The notes below the pieces were generated by a model. The model saw only the letters and a list, made by a program, of their open reading frames with translations, ran no database searches and was not told the origin of the DNA. The position numbers and the translations under genes are program-made. Positions 1 to 9,611 of a stretch of 64,000 nucleotides of DNA are shown piece by piece. The DNA is from Candidatus Yanofskybacteria bacterium (GTDB taxonomy: Bacteria > Patescibacteriota > Minisyncoccia > 2-02-FULL-40-12 > IGHO2-01-FULL-4-A), in the NCBI GenBank assembly GCA_016181175.1, contig JACOZV010000001.1:4643-68642 (forward strand), written 5' to 3'. Within the stretch, counting starts at the first letter, position 1. Each line of letters starts with the position of its first letter.

Positions 1-44
1 ATGTCCCAAGCCCCGAAGGGTAAAAGGAAAAAGCTACAAGTGTA

Positions 45-635
45 CTACGAAACTACCTCGCGGGCACGCAGAGCGCCGCTGGCATCGCCCGGATCGTACC
101 AGTCCACGCCGACCCCGCCGCTGAACTTGCTGAAGCTGACGCGAGGCACACCGCCGCCGCGATAGCGTGAACCCGAACAAAGCGTCGCCTTCTTGACATC
201 CAGATGCCGCCCCGTCTCCTTGAAGAACTTGAGTCCATACAAGAACCTCTCAAGGAGAGTAATGCCGAGAATGCCGCGCTCGCAAATCTGGTCTGCCGAT
301 TTGTTCTTCCATTCCTCATCGGCCTCCACACGTTCGCGCAACCAGATGGCATAATTACCATCGGCCGGATTGCGATCATTTTCAGTCACGACCGAATCGA
401 GGTCTTCGTTCGTCCATTTCCAGCAGGGAAATGCTCCGATGCAGACATTGTACACCTGCTGAATCTTGATGCCTTGCGGCACCGCGATCAAGCGGTCAAA
501 ACCCCGCCGCTTGGCCGGAATCTTGAGACCGGTGAAATCAACTGCGATACCAAGTTCGCGGTAAAGTGCCGACCACTGGGCAAGTACTTCCCCGCGACTC
601 TCGAACGGGTTGCGCCGGTTGACGAACAAATCCAA
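45..635 (-). CDS. GC-rich hypothetical protein; starts with TTG in the ORF track and has no in-frame ATG. It is preceded in the same frame by a 32-codon ATG ORF (to 734) and separated from it by a single TAG
   Basis: ORF track gives 196 aa. My own translation of 636-734 on the minus strand gives MAENIIGNVSGDVLGMIGDLCSKLKHGSITP, then TAG, then ELDLF.... AAGGAG lies 8 nt upstream of the ATG at 734. GC is roughly 58%, against about 40% for the window. Confidence 0.35.
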   Translation of the reverse strand: MDLFVNRRNPFESRGEVLAQWSALYRELGIAVDFTGLKIPAKRRGFDRLIAVPQGIKIQQVYNVCIGAFPCWKWTNEDLDSVVTENDRNPADGNYAIWLRERVEADEEWKNKSADQICERGILGITLLERFLYGLKFFKETGRHLDVKKATLCSGSRYRGGGVPRVSFSKFSGGVGVDWYDPGDASGALRAREVVS

Positions 636-855
636 CTCCTACGGCGTAATTGATCCATGCTTTAGCTTACTGCACAGGTCGCCTATCATGCCAAGCACAT
701 CGCCCGACACGTTTCCGATTATGTTTTCTGCCATAACCAGTTCTCCTTGGTTTTTAAGGTAACCAACCTTATTTTACTACATTTTAATTATAACAAATTA
801 TAGAATAAAATGCAAGGGGTTTACATGGTTAGGTAAATTCACATAAAATTAAGTA

Positions 856-1860
856 ATGATTCGTATCGCAATCAACGGTTTTGGTAGAATAGGTCGGATA
901 TTTTTCAGGCAAGCATTCGGCAATGCCGATTTGAATGTTGTCGCAATTAATGATTTGGGAACACCGGAAAATTTAGCTTACTTACTTAAATACGATACTG
1001 TTTATGGCCGTTATGAAAAAGAGGTAACACATAAAGACGGTGCACTAATTATTGACGACAAAGAAATCAAAATTCTTAACGAGAAAGACCCGGCAAAACT
1101 TCCATGGAAAGATCTCGACATAGATATAGTTATAGAATCAACAGGGATATTTGATTCGCGAGAACTTGCTATGCCACATCTGGATGCCGGCGCTAAGCGG
1201 GTAATTATTACCGCTCCGGCCAAAGATGAAATAACTCCAACAGCCACGCCGGGCCTTCTTGAAAATACAAAGTTAGACAAAATTACCTCAAACGCTTCCT
1301 GCACGACAAATGCCGTTAATCCGGTAATGGCTATAATGATGGCGAATCCGGGCGTGCAAAAAGCAATACTTACAACCGTCCATGGTTATACCGCGACACA
1401 GGGCCTTGTAGATGGCCCGGACAAGAAGGGCGATTTCCGCCGCGCCCGTGCGGCGGCGCAAAATATAGTGCCCTCAACGACTGGAGCGGCGGCGGCCACA
1501 GCGCGAGTTTTACCCGGCCTTACCGGCAAATTTGACGGCTTATCGCTTCGAGTCCCGATAATTTCCGGCTCGCTTATCGATATCACCTTTTTGTCAGCCA
1601 GACCAACTTCGGCTGAAGAAATAAATAATATCTTCCGCGAGGCAGCATCTCAAGTGCAATGGAAGGGGATAATGACCATTACCGAAGATCCGATTGTGTC
1701 ATCTGATATTTTGCGCAACCCTCACGGTTCAATTATTGATTTGGCTCTGACCCGCGTAGTTGACGGCGATTTAGTAAAGATATTTTCCTGGTATGATAAT
1801 GAGTGGGGATATGGGGCAATGCTCTTGAAACACGTTCTTACGGTAGCGCAAATTTTGTAA
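856..1860 (+). CDS. gap: glyceraldehyde-3-phosphate dehydrogenase
   Basis: INGFGRIGR NAD-binding motif, SNASCTTN active-site Cys motif, WYDNEWGY C-terminal motif. Confidence 0.92.
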   Translation: MIRIAINGFGRIGRIFFRQAFGNADLNVVAINDLGTPENLAYLLKYDTVYGRYEKEVTHKDGALIIDDKEIKILNEKDPAKLPWKDLDIDIVIESTGIFDSRELAMPHLDAGAKRVIITAPAKDEITPTATPGLLENTKLDKITSNASCTTNAVNPVMAIMMANPGVQKAILTTVHGYTATQGLVDGPDKKGDFRRARAAAQNIVPSTTGAAAATARVLPGLTGKFDGLSLRVPIISGSLIDITFLSARPTSAEEINNIFREAASQVQWKGIMTITEDPIVSSDILRNPHGSIIDLALTRVVDGDLVKIFSWYDNEWGYGAMLLKHVLTVAQIL

Positions 1861-2720
1861 TGCCGCATCTTCATGAAGAAAAAATAAAAGAACTTGAAGA
1901 ACTTGCAAATAAAGCTCGGCAACTTTTGATTGAAGAACTTGTTGAAGCAGGCTCTGGTCACACTGCAGGACCACTTGGTATGACTGACGTTTTTACAGCT
2001 TTTTATTTCCACATTCTCAACCACAATCCAAAAAATCCTGAATGGGAAGACCGTGATCGCTTAATACTTTCAAATGGACACATATGCCCGATTCGTTATG
2101 CGCTTATGGCCATGTCCGGGTATTTTCCGATAGAAGAATTAAAAACATTACGTAAATTCGGCTCACGCCTACAAGGTCATCCTGAACGCGAAAAATTGCC
2201 CGGCGTGGAAACAACTTCAGGCCCGCTCGGTTCCGGCTTGGGACAATCTTGCGGTATCGCCTACGGCGCACGCATGGACGGAAAGAAATTCCGCACTTAT
2301 TGCTTTATGTCGGATGGCGAACATGATGCAGGCAATTTGTGGGAGTCAGCTCTTTTTGCCGGAAAAAACAAATTGTCAAATCTTACCGGGCTGGTTGACC
2401 GCAACAACATACAAATAGACGGCATGACTGAAAATATAATGCCGCTTGAACCGCTTAAAGATAAATATGAGGCATTTGGCTGGCATGTGCTTGAAATCAA
2501 CGGACACAACTTTGAAGAGATAGTGGACGCCGCTGAGCAAGCCAAAGCCATATACGAAAAACCAACTGTAATAATTTCACATAATATACCTGGAAAAGGC
2601 ATTTCAGAAATTGAATTTGATTATCTCTGGCACGGCAAACCGCCCAAACCGGAAGAGGGCAAAAAATTTCTTGAAGAATTAAGAACGCTTGGCGGGAAAA
2701 TACAATCGGAACATCAATAA
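1860..2720 (+). CDS. transketolase, N-terminal (thiamine-diphosphate-binding) subunit; start moved to the ATG at 1860, which overlaps the gap stop as TAATG
   Basis: GSGHTAGPLGMTDV and SNGH motifs typical of the transketolase N-terminal domain; the gene ends after the pyrophosphate-binding half. Confidence 0.85.
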   Translation: MPHLHEEKIKELEELANKARQLLIEELVEAGSGHTAGPLGMTDVFTAFYFHILNHNPKNPEWEDRDRLILSNGHICPIRYALMAMSGYFPIEELKTLRKFGSRLQGHPEREKLPGVETTSGPLGSGLGQSCGIAYGARMDGKKFRTYCFMSDGEHDAGNLWESALFAGKNKLSNLTGLVDRNNIQIDGMTENIMPLEPLKDKYEAFGWHVLEINGHNFEEIVDAAEQAKAIYEKPTVIISHNIPGKGISEIEFDYLWHGKPPKPEEGKKFLEELRTLGGKIQSEHQ

Positions 2721-2756
2721 TTAATTTATAAGTTTTAAATCGAAAGGAGGTGTCAT

Positions 2757-3035
2757 ATGATGCACGGAAATTGTAAATGTTTTCACCATATTGTTGCTAA
2801 GATTTTAATGGCTTTGGCTTGGGTAGCCGCGGTTTTGTTTTTTGTCAGCGGATCGGACGGAATGGTTTGGGGCATGGATGCCGACCAGTATTTCCAACTG
2901 GTTGTTTTGTTCAGCTTGCTTTTGTTCGGGACGGTATTTTGCGACTGCTGCAAAAAGTCCATGATGATACATGGCGGTATGTCCTGCCCGGCTTGCGAGG
3001 GCAAGGGCGGAGAACACACGCATGGTCATATGTAA
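2757..3035 (+). CDS. small membrane protein with a Cys/His-rich C-terminus (possible metal-binding)
   Basis: Strong SD AAAGGAGG 6-8 nt upstream of the ATG; two hydrophobic segments; C-terminal CDCC...CPACEGKGGEHTHGHM. Confidence 0.5.
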   Translation: MMHGNCKCFHHIVAKILMALAWVAAVLFFVSGSDGMVWGMDADQYFQLVVLFSLLLFGTVFCDCCKKSMMIHGGMSCPACEGKGGEHTHGHM

Positions 3036-3090
3036 AAGTGGTAATCGGTTTTCGGCTATCTTTTTGGGTAGCCGAAGGCGGGTAACCAAC

Positions 3091-4077
3091 ATGAACACTA
3101 AATTAGTCGAGAATTTGTCAGACAAATCAAAGTTAGAAATGAAACCAACCCGGGACGGTTACGGTTTAGGTTTGGTTGAGGCGGGAGAAAAAGACGAGCG
3201 AATCGTCATCTTGTCTGCTGACCTGACCGAATCAACGCGTTCTCTTGGTTTTGCTGAAAAATTTCCAGAAAGATTTATAGAACTTGGAGTCGCTGAACAA
3301 AATATGGCAACCGTCGCGGCTGGACTGGCAAATTACGGCAAGATTCCATTTATATCTTCTTATGCTGTTTTTTCTCCCGGACGCAATAACGAACAAATTA
3401 GAACTACGATATCACTAAATAACCTGCCGGTTAAAATCGGCGGCGCTCATGCTGGAATCTCTGTTGGTCCTGACGGCGCTACACATCAGGCGCTTGAAGA
3501 TATCGCCTTGATGCGCGTCCAACCCAACATGGTAGTACTGGTACCCTGTGACGCGATTGAGGCTCAAAAAGCAACTTTTGCCGCAGCATTTAATAACAAA
3601 CCGACATACATAAGATTCGGCAGGGAAAAGTCAGCGGTTTTTACTACCGAGGACACATCATTTGAAATTGGCAAAGCACTTATGTTTCGTGACGGTAAAG
3701 ATGTTGCAATTATCGGCTGCGGCATGTTACTTTATAACGCGCTTGTCGCCGCAGAAGAATTATCCAAAGACGGTATTGAATGCACGGTCATCAACTCGCA
3801 TACGATCAAACCGCTTGATGAATCAACCATAATTACGGCCGCCAAGAAGTGCGGCGCGGTAGTCAGCGTAGAAGAACATCAGATAACCGGTGGCCTGGGT
3901 TCTGCGGTTGCTGAATGTTTGGCACGCAATTATCCGGTACCCCAAGAATTCATCGGTGTCCATGATCGCTTCGGAGAATCCGGCAAGCCAGACGAACTGA
4001 TTGAACATTTTGGCATGGGAATTGACTCAATTAAAAAAGCCGTGAAAAAAGCAATCTCAAGAAAAACAGCCCGCTAG
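3091..4077 (+). CDS. transketolase, C-terminal (pyrimidine-binding) subunit; start moved to MNTKLVENL
   Basis: ELGVAEQNM, GGAHAGISVGPDGATHQALEDIALMR and VEEHQITGGLGS motifs of the transketolase central and C-terminal domains. Confidence 0.85.
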   Translation: MNTKLVENLSDKSKLEMKPTRDGYGLGLVEAGEKDERIVILSADLTESTRSLGFAEKFPERFIELGVAEQNMATVAAGLANYGKIPFISSYAVFSPGRNNEQIRTTISLNNLPVKIGGAHAGISVGPDGATHQALEDIALMRVQPNMVVLVPCDAIEAQKATFAAAFNNKPTYIRFGREKSAVFTTEDTSFEIGKALMFRDGKDVAIIGCGMLLYNALVAAEELSKDGIECTVINSHTIKPLDESTIITAAKKCGAVVSVEEHQITGGLGSAVAECLARNYPVPQEFIGVHDRFGESGKPDELIEHFGMGIDSIKKAVKKAISRKTAR

Positions 4078-4088
4078 CGGACTTTTTT

Positions 4089-4676
4089 CTATATTAGCTC
4101 TCGGATTTTTGCCAAATCCTCTCTGAATACCGGCTCCCAATTTATGTTGCGCAAAATTGCTGCCGGATGATAAACAATGAGGATTTTACGATCGGTTCCG
4201 TTTATCTTTTTGTTTATGATTTTTCCGTGATTCATGGACATGCTACCCTCAATACCTAAGCCGGTCATTGAAATGCGCCCGAGCAGAACTATCAACTTAG
4301 GACTTACGATATCAATCTCTTTTTCAAGAGCTGGACGAAACCTTTCTATCTCCTCCGGGGTTGGAGTGAGCGTCCCGCCTGATCCATCTTGCGGTCGATA
4401 CTTCACAATATTGCTTACGTAAAAATCTGATCTTTTCCAGCCGAGTTTTTCAAGTGTGGCATTAAGTAACTTGCCGGCACGTCCGACAAATGGCTTGCCC
4501 TGCACCTCTTCATCTTTACCAGGCGCCTCGCCGATTATCATCACCTCTTTATCCGGTGACCCGTCGTTAAAAACAAGCTTTTTTTCCGGATAAGCTTTTT
4601 TGATTGCATTAAAAATATATTGTAATTTTTGCTCTTTTGTCATTGATTTCGTGCTATTTTTCTGATATTCTATCAT
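4089..4676 (-). CDS. uracil-DNA glycosylase superfamily protein (family 4/5-like)
   Basis: GEAPG motif [14 protein letters not shown], and HPAA motif B. The ORF-track start at 4703 would overlap tRNA-Ile, so the internal ATG at 4676 is preferred. No N-terminal Fe-S cysteines seen. Confidence 0.7.
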   Translation of the reverse strand: MIEYQKNSTKSMTKEQKLQYIFNAIKKAYPEKKLVFNDGSPDKEVMIIGEAPGKDEEVQGKPFVGRAGKLLNATLEKLGWKRSDFYVSNIVKYRPQDGSGGTLTPTPEEIERFRPALEKEIDIVSPKLIVLLGRISMTGLGIEGSMSMNHGKIINKKINGTDRKILIVYHPAAILRNINWEPVFREDLAKIRELI

Positions 4677-4695
4677 GGAATCAATAATATTAAGA

Positions 4696-4766
4696 GGGCG
4701 CATAGTTTAGTGGTAAAACAGGGATCTGATAAGTCCCAGTCCCAGATTCGATTTCTGGTGCGCCCA
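4696..4766 (+). tRNA. tRNA-Ile (anticodon GAT)
   Basis: Hand-folded cloverleaf: acceptor GGGCGCA/TGCGCCC, D-stem GTTT/AAAC, anticodon loop CTGATAA, T-arm CCAGA-TTCGATT-TCTGG. Confidence 0.85.
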
Positions 4767-4900
4767 CAATGGTCATAATCCTGCTCCGCAGGATAAGTCC
4801 TACCGAATTTTTATACGTCCTCAACAGAGCTCGGACTAAAATTCGGGGTTGAAATGAAGCAGATTCATTTCAACCGCCTAGTGCGCGCACAAAAGTACTC

Positions 4901-4972
4901 GGGCTGGTAGTTCAGCGGTAGAACGCTGCTTTTGCAAAGCAGAGGTCGGGGGTCCGACTCCCCCCCAGTCCA
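4901..4972 (+). tRNA. tRNA-Ala (anticodon TGC)
   Basis: Acceptor GGGCTGG/CCAGTCC (one G-U pair), anticodon stem CTGCT/AGCAG with loop TTTGCAA, T-arm GGGGG-TCCGACT-CCCCC. Confidence 0.85.
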
Positions 4973-4996
4973 CAGGAAAAATATAAAAAATTTTCT

Positions 4997-6970
4997 GTGG
5001 AAAATATTCTCAAAGATCTTAATGATAAACAAATTGAGGCAGTACGGGCCATAGAAGGCCCGGTTTTAATATTGGCCGGAGCTGGTAGCGGAAAGACTCG
5101 CGCGCTAACACATCGCATGGCCCACATGATTGAACAAAGCATACCAGCGCACAATATCCTCGCCATCACATTCACCAACAAAGCCGCCGGGGAAATCAAA
5201 GACAGAATTTACTCACTTTTAGGACCGGCAGAACGGCAACCGGCAGCTAGCCCATGGATGGGGACATTCCATTCAATTTGTTTGAGAATTTTACGTCATG
5301 AAATTAAAAATCTCGGCTATACGGCTAACTTTGTCATCTATGACGAGGATGATCAACTATCTTTAATCAAAAATGTGATGCAAGAGTTAGAAGTTGAGAC
5401 CAAAAAGTTTAACCCCAAAAATATACTTGGCCGCATTTCGGCGTTTAAAAGCGAACTGGTCAACTATGAAGAGTTCGAGGGTAAAGCGCGCGAGTATTTT
5501 GAAAAAATCGTTGCCCCTATTTATGCCGGCTACCAAATAGCTCTCAAAAAAAACAACGCTTTGGATTTTGATGATCTGATCATGCTCTGTGTTAGGCTCT
5601 TCCAAGAAAACCCGCAAATACTTGAAAAATATCAAAATATTTTCCGATATATACTCGTTGACGAATATCAAGACACCAACCACAGCCAATATATTTGGAT
5701 TAATCTTCTTGCTCAAAGGCACAGAAATCTTTTCGTAATAGGTGATGATTACCAGAGTATCTACTCATTTCGTCTAGCCAACATCCGCAATATTTTAGAC
5801 TTTGAAAAAGACTACCCGGAAGCCAAGGTTATAATGCTTGAACAAAACTATCGCTCTACTCAAAACATATTGGCCGCCGCTAACAACATCATCATTCAAA
5901 ACAAAAATCAAAAACATAAAAAACTTTGGACTGAAAATAACGCTGGTGAGGAAATAATACTCAAGGAAACGGCTAACGAGCGGCGGGAAGGTGACTATGT
6001 GATTGAAATGATAAAAAGCAACCTGAAACAGGGTCGTGACTTGCAGGACTTCACAGTCCTGTATCGTACTCACGCACAATCACGCGCCGTTGAAGAAGCG
6101 ATGATCAAACACGGCTTGCCTTATCGCGTTGTAGGCGGGGTTAAGTTTTATCAAAGACGGGAAATAAAAGATATTCTGGCTTATCTGCGGCTGGCAATCA
6201 ATCCGAATGATCTTGTAAGCTGGGACAGAATTTATAACGTGCCTGGCCGTGGCATAGGCCAAACAACCTGGCAAAAAATAAAAGAGGCGACAAAACAAAA
6301 CACGTTAAAAACAGTAAAAGATATTACTTCTGAATCCGGCATCGGTCAAAAACAAACAACCGCCCTAAAATCGCTTGGCAAACTCATCGAAGAATTGTCA
6401 CAAAAATCTTCTGAATTCTCCCCGTCCCAACTGATTAAATATGTTCTGCAAAAAACCAGCTATGAATCTTACATCAATGACAAAACAACCGACGGAGAAG
6501 AACGCTGGGAAAACGTCAAGGAAATCTTTACCGCTACTCATAAGTATGATGGTGAAAAACCGCTAGAAGGTCTCGGCAAATTCTTAGAAGAAGTAGCATT
6601 AATTCAGGAAACCGACAAAATTGAAAAAGGGAAAAATCTGATTAGTTTGATGACTGTCCATTCGGCCAAAGGTTTGGAATTCCCCGTTGTTTTCATGATA
6701 GGTATGGAAGATGGTATTTTCCCGCACTCACGCGCGTTATTTGAACCGACTGAATTAGAAGAAGAAAGACGGCTTTGCTATGTCGGGGTAACGCGCGCCA
6801 AAGAAAGGCTGTATTTAACTTACTGCCGAGAACGCGCCTTATACGGCTCCACCCAATTCAATCCGCCATCAAGATTTTTGTTTGAAATACCGGAACATCT
6901 GGTAAGTTTCTCGCCGCTTAAACAAATTGAATATGCGAGGGATTGGGATGATAAAATTGATTATTACTAA
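4997..6970 (+). CDS. pcrA: ATP-dependent DNA helicase, UvrD/PcrA/Rep family
   Basis: GAGSGKT Walker A, TFTNKAAGE, VDEYQDTN, and a C-terminal helicase domain (GLEFPVVF, YVGVTRAK). Confidence 0.88.
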   Translation: MENILKDLNDKQIEAVRAIEGPVLILAGAGSGKTRALTHRMAHMIEQSIPAHNILAITFTNKAAGEIKDRIYSLLGPAERQPAASPWMGTFHSICLRILRHEIKNLGYTANFVIYDEDDQLSLIKNVMQELEVETKKFNPKNILGRISAFKSELVNYEEFEGKAREYFEKIVAPIYAGYQIALKKNNALDFDDLIMLCVRLFQENPQILEKYQNIFRYILVDEYQDTNHSQYIWINLLAQRHRNLFVIGDDYQSIYSFRLANIRNILDFEKDYPEAKVIMLEQNYRSTQNILAAANNIIIQNKNQKHKKLWTENNAGEEIILKETANERREGDYVIEMIKSNLKQGRDLQDFTVLYRTHAQSRAVEEAMIKHGLPYRVVGGVKFYQRREIKDILAYLRLAINPNDLVSWDRIYNVPGRGIGQTTWQKIKEATKQNTLKTVKDITSESGIGQKQTTALKSLGKLIEELSQKSSEFSPSQLIKYVLQKTSYESYINDKTTDGEERWENVKEIFTATHKYDGEKPLEGLGKFLEEVALIQETDKIEKGKNLISLMTVHSAKGLEFPVVFMIGMEDGIFPHSRALFEPTELEEERRLCYVGVTRAKERLYLTYCRERALYGSTQFNPPSRFLFEIPEHLVSFSPLKQIEYARDWDDKIDYY

Positions 6971-6980
6971 TAATCCCCAA

Positions 6981-7811
6981 ATGAGTTTAGTCACTGAAAT
7001 TAAAAATGAACTTAATCAGCTCGGATTAAAACCCAAAAAATCGCTTGGGCAGAATTTTTTAATAAACGAGGGGATTTACAAAAAAATTATAGATATTGCT
7101 GAAATCAAACCAAGTGAAACTATTGTTGAAATCGGACCGGGGCTGGGAACATTGACTGAATATATAGCTGGTTCAAACGCTCGCCTTTTAGGCATAGAAA
7201 AAGATGAAAATTTGGCAATTTATCTCAAAAAAAAATTTGAAAACCGTATTAACATCAAAATTCTCCAAGAAGACATATTAAAATTTGACCCCGTAAAAAA
7301 CGGGTTAGAAACTCGCGGCTATAAACTTTTAGGGAATATTCCATACTATTTAACTTCGCATCTGATCAGATTAGTACTTGGGGAATGGCCGTTGCCCAAG
7401 TTGATGGTTTTGATGGTACAAAAGGAAGTCGCCCAACGAATCATTGCGAAACCGCCGAATACGAATTTGCTCGCGGTATCAATCCAATATTATGCCAGAG
7501 TGGAGATCGCTGGCATGGTCTCGAAGGGAAGCTTTTGGCCGCAACCCGAGGTTGATTCTGCTATAATAAAGCTAACGCCAAAAACCGAAATACCAGAGGC
7601 CGAAGAAACAGAAAGGTTTTTTAAAGTATCAAAGGCGGGATTTTCCGGCACAAGAAAACAACTTATAAATACTTTGTCGGGCGGATTAAAATTATCTAGG
7701 GGAATAGTAAGCTCAAAGCTCCTTTCGCTAGGTATCGCCACTCAAAGACGTGCCGAAACATTAACTCTAGACGAATGGCAAAATATCGCTACCTCGCTCT
7801 TGCCCCGTTAG
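6981..7811 (+). CDS. rsmA: 16S rRNA (adenine1518/1519-N6)-dimethyltransferase
   Basis: LGQNFL signature, EIGPGLGTLT SAM-binding motif, NIPY motif. Start moved from 6927 to the ATG at 6981 to avoid overlap with the helicase. Confidence 0.85.
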   Translation: MSLVTEIKNELNQLGLKPKKSLGQNFLINEGIYKKIIDIAEIKPSETIVEIGPGLGTLTEYIAGSNARLLGIEKDENLAIYLKKKFENRINIKILQEDILKFDPVKNGLETRGYKLLGNIPYYLTSHLIRLVLGEWPLPKLMVLMVQKEVAQRIIAKPPNTNLLAVSIQYYARVEIAGMVSKGSFWPQPEVDSAIIKLTPKTEIPEAEETERFFKVSKAGFSGTRKQLINTLSGGLKLSRGIVSSKLLSLGIATQRRAETLTLDEWQNIATSLLPR

Positions 7812-7852
7812 AATTTTAGGATCAATTGTAAGATAATCGTGGCTGTCTTTGT

Positions 7853-9601
7853 TTGAAGTTACTAAATGGGAAAATGACAAAACAAAAACTAATTCTAACG
7901 GGGCTTGCCGCGTTAAGCGGCTTGCTCTTGGCCCTTGCCTATCCGGGTTGGAGCTTTGGTTCGACTTGGCTCACCACAAGTGATTTGGGCTGGTTGGCCT
8001 GGATTGGATTTGTTCCACTTTTTTGGTCGTTGTTCCACATCGTTTCCGAATACGAACATACTCGGAAACGATGTGGATTTTTGGTAGGGTTTGCCGCAGG
8101 ACTGATTTACTTTTTAATTGTCTTCCGCTGGTTCTGGTCTATTTATCCGTTAGACACTCTTGGCATTGAGAGCCGCGCTATTTCTTTTTTCATCATCTTG
8201 CTTGTTTATTTAGTAAGTTCGACCGGAATGGCAATGTTTTGGGGACTCTTTGGATTAGTTACTGGTAACTGCCTGCCCCGTAGCTCGCCGAAAGCGATGG
8301 TTCGGGGGTTACTGGTAACTGGTAAATCAAAACCTTACCGATTACTAATAACTTTACCGGCTCTTTTTGTCCTACTTGAATACGCCCTCTCTTGGGGCTT
8401 TGGATTTCTTTGGGCGGGTTCCGGATCGTTTTTCGGACCGCACTGGACATTGGGCAATCTGGCTTATTCACTAGCAAATAACCCCTTGGCTCTAAAATTC
8501 GCATCTATCATTGGCATTTATGGAGTAACTTTTGCAATTATTTTTGTAAATTACCTGATTTTTACAATTTTAAAAAATAAGTTAGCAGAAACAAGGTCTA
8601 CAAGGGCCATCCTTGTTACAAGGATGGCCCTTGTAGTTCTGATTCTTATAGCGCTTATTTCTGGTCCGAAACTAATTAAACAACAAACCACGAAACAAGA
8701 AAACGCCGGAATAAACTTTGCTGTCATTCAAACGGCACAACCCACCAGATCATTTCCTAATTCGCAAGAAACATTGGCAAGTTTTGAGGAACAACTGAAA
8801 CTGCTTAATCGCGTCGCCAAAGAATATCCTGAAAGCCAACTTATTATTTTCCCGGAAACAAGTGAGCTGTTTAAAAATATCGCCCTATTTCTTACTCCGG
8901 CACAAGTCCAAGAATATTTCAACAACCTTTTTACAAAACCGAAACTAATAATCGCCGGTGGCAAAATTATTGATGATAGTCAAGTTTATTCACGAGTCTT
9001 TGATCTTGATACTCAAAACGACATTATCAACCATTATGACAAGCGTCTATTAACGCCGGGCGGTGAATTTTTGCCTTATCCATTGAAGTTTCTGGTTTGG
9101 TTATTTTCTAAAAACACAAATAGTCAATTTGAAAACCTGCGCGAGCTCAACATCGGCGGCAAAGACGTATCTACTGTAGATTTCCGCGGTCAATTTAAAA
9201 CGGCGCCGATGATATGCTCCGAACTTTTGTCTCCGAATTTAGTCAAGCAAACTTCTCAAAACTCGGATGTAATAGCAAGTATGGCAAGCTATGGTATTTT
9301 CCACGGAAAACAAGTCATTGCAAGGCAAATGCTGGCCGCCACGAGATTTAGGGCAGCAGAAACGGCTAAACCTATCATAACGGCTGCTAATTTGGGCAAA
9401 TCTTATGCGATAGACAGCCGTGGAAATATCATTTATTTGGCCCCCGACTCAACTTCCCAGATATTAACAGGCTTTGTTGCATTTGGTACCGATAAAACGT
9501 GGTATAATAAGGTAGGCGATTTGCCAATAATTTTGGCATCTTTGCTAATAGTGATAAGTTTAAACTTTTTAATATGGTTTAGGGAATTTAGGAGACCCTA
9601 G
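7853..9601 (+). CDS. lnt: apolipoprotein N-acyltransferase-like membrane protein (polytopic N-terminus plus carbon-nitrogen hydrolase domain)
   Basis: About 7 N-terminal hydrophobic segments, then a CN-hydrolase catalytic E/K/C pattern (IFPETS, YDKRLLTPGGEF, APMICSEL) and a C-terminal TM segment. Confidence 0.6.
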   Translation: MKLLNGKMTKQKLILTGLAALSGLLLALAYPGWSFGSTWLTTSDLGWLAWIGFVPLFWSLFHIVSEYEHTRKRCGFLVGFAAGLIYFLIVFRWFWSIYPLDTLGIESRAISFFIILLVYLVSSTGMAMFWGLFGLVTGNCLPRSSPKAMVRGLLVTGKSKPYRLLITLPALFVLLEYALSWGFGFLWAGSGSFFGPHWTLGNLAYSLANNPLALKFASIIGIYGVTFAIIFVNYLIFTILKNKLAETRSTRAILVTRMALVVLILIALISGPKLIKQQTTKQENAGINFAVIQTAQPTRSFPNSQETLASFEEQLKLLNRVAKEYPESQLIIFPETSELFKNIALFLTPAQVQEYFNNLFTKPKLIIAGGKIIDDSQVYSRVFDLDTQNDIINHYDKRLLTPGGEFLPYPLKFLVWLFSKNTNSQFENLRELNIGGKDVSTVDFRGQFKTAPMICSELLSPNLVKQTSQNSDVIASMASYGIFHGKQVIARQMLAATRFRAAETAKPIITAANLGKSYAIDSRGNIIYLAPDSTSQILTGFVAFGTDKTWYNKVGDLPIILASLLIVISLNFLIWFREFRRP

Positions 9602-9611
9602 GTCATCCTGT

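Noticed and set aside
1803-1859. Upstream extension of the transketolase N-subunit ORF (MGIWGNALETRSYGSANFV)
   Set aside because: It lies entirely inside the gap coding sequence. The conserved transketolase N-terminus starts at the ATG at 1860, which overlaps the gap stop.
4912-5199. 95-aa minus-strand ORF in the track
   Set aside because: It overlaps tRNA-Ala and the 5' end of the helicase gene on the opposite strand and has no RBS, so I treated it as a spurious antisense ORF.
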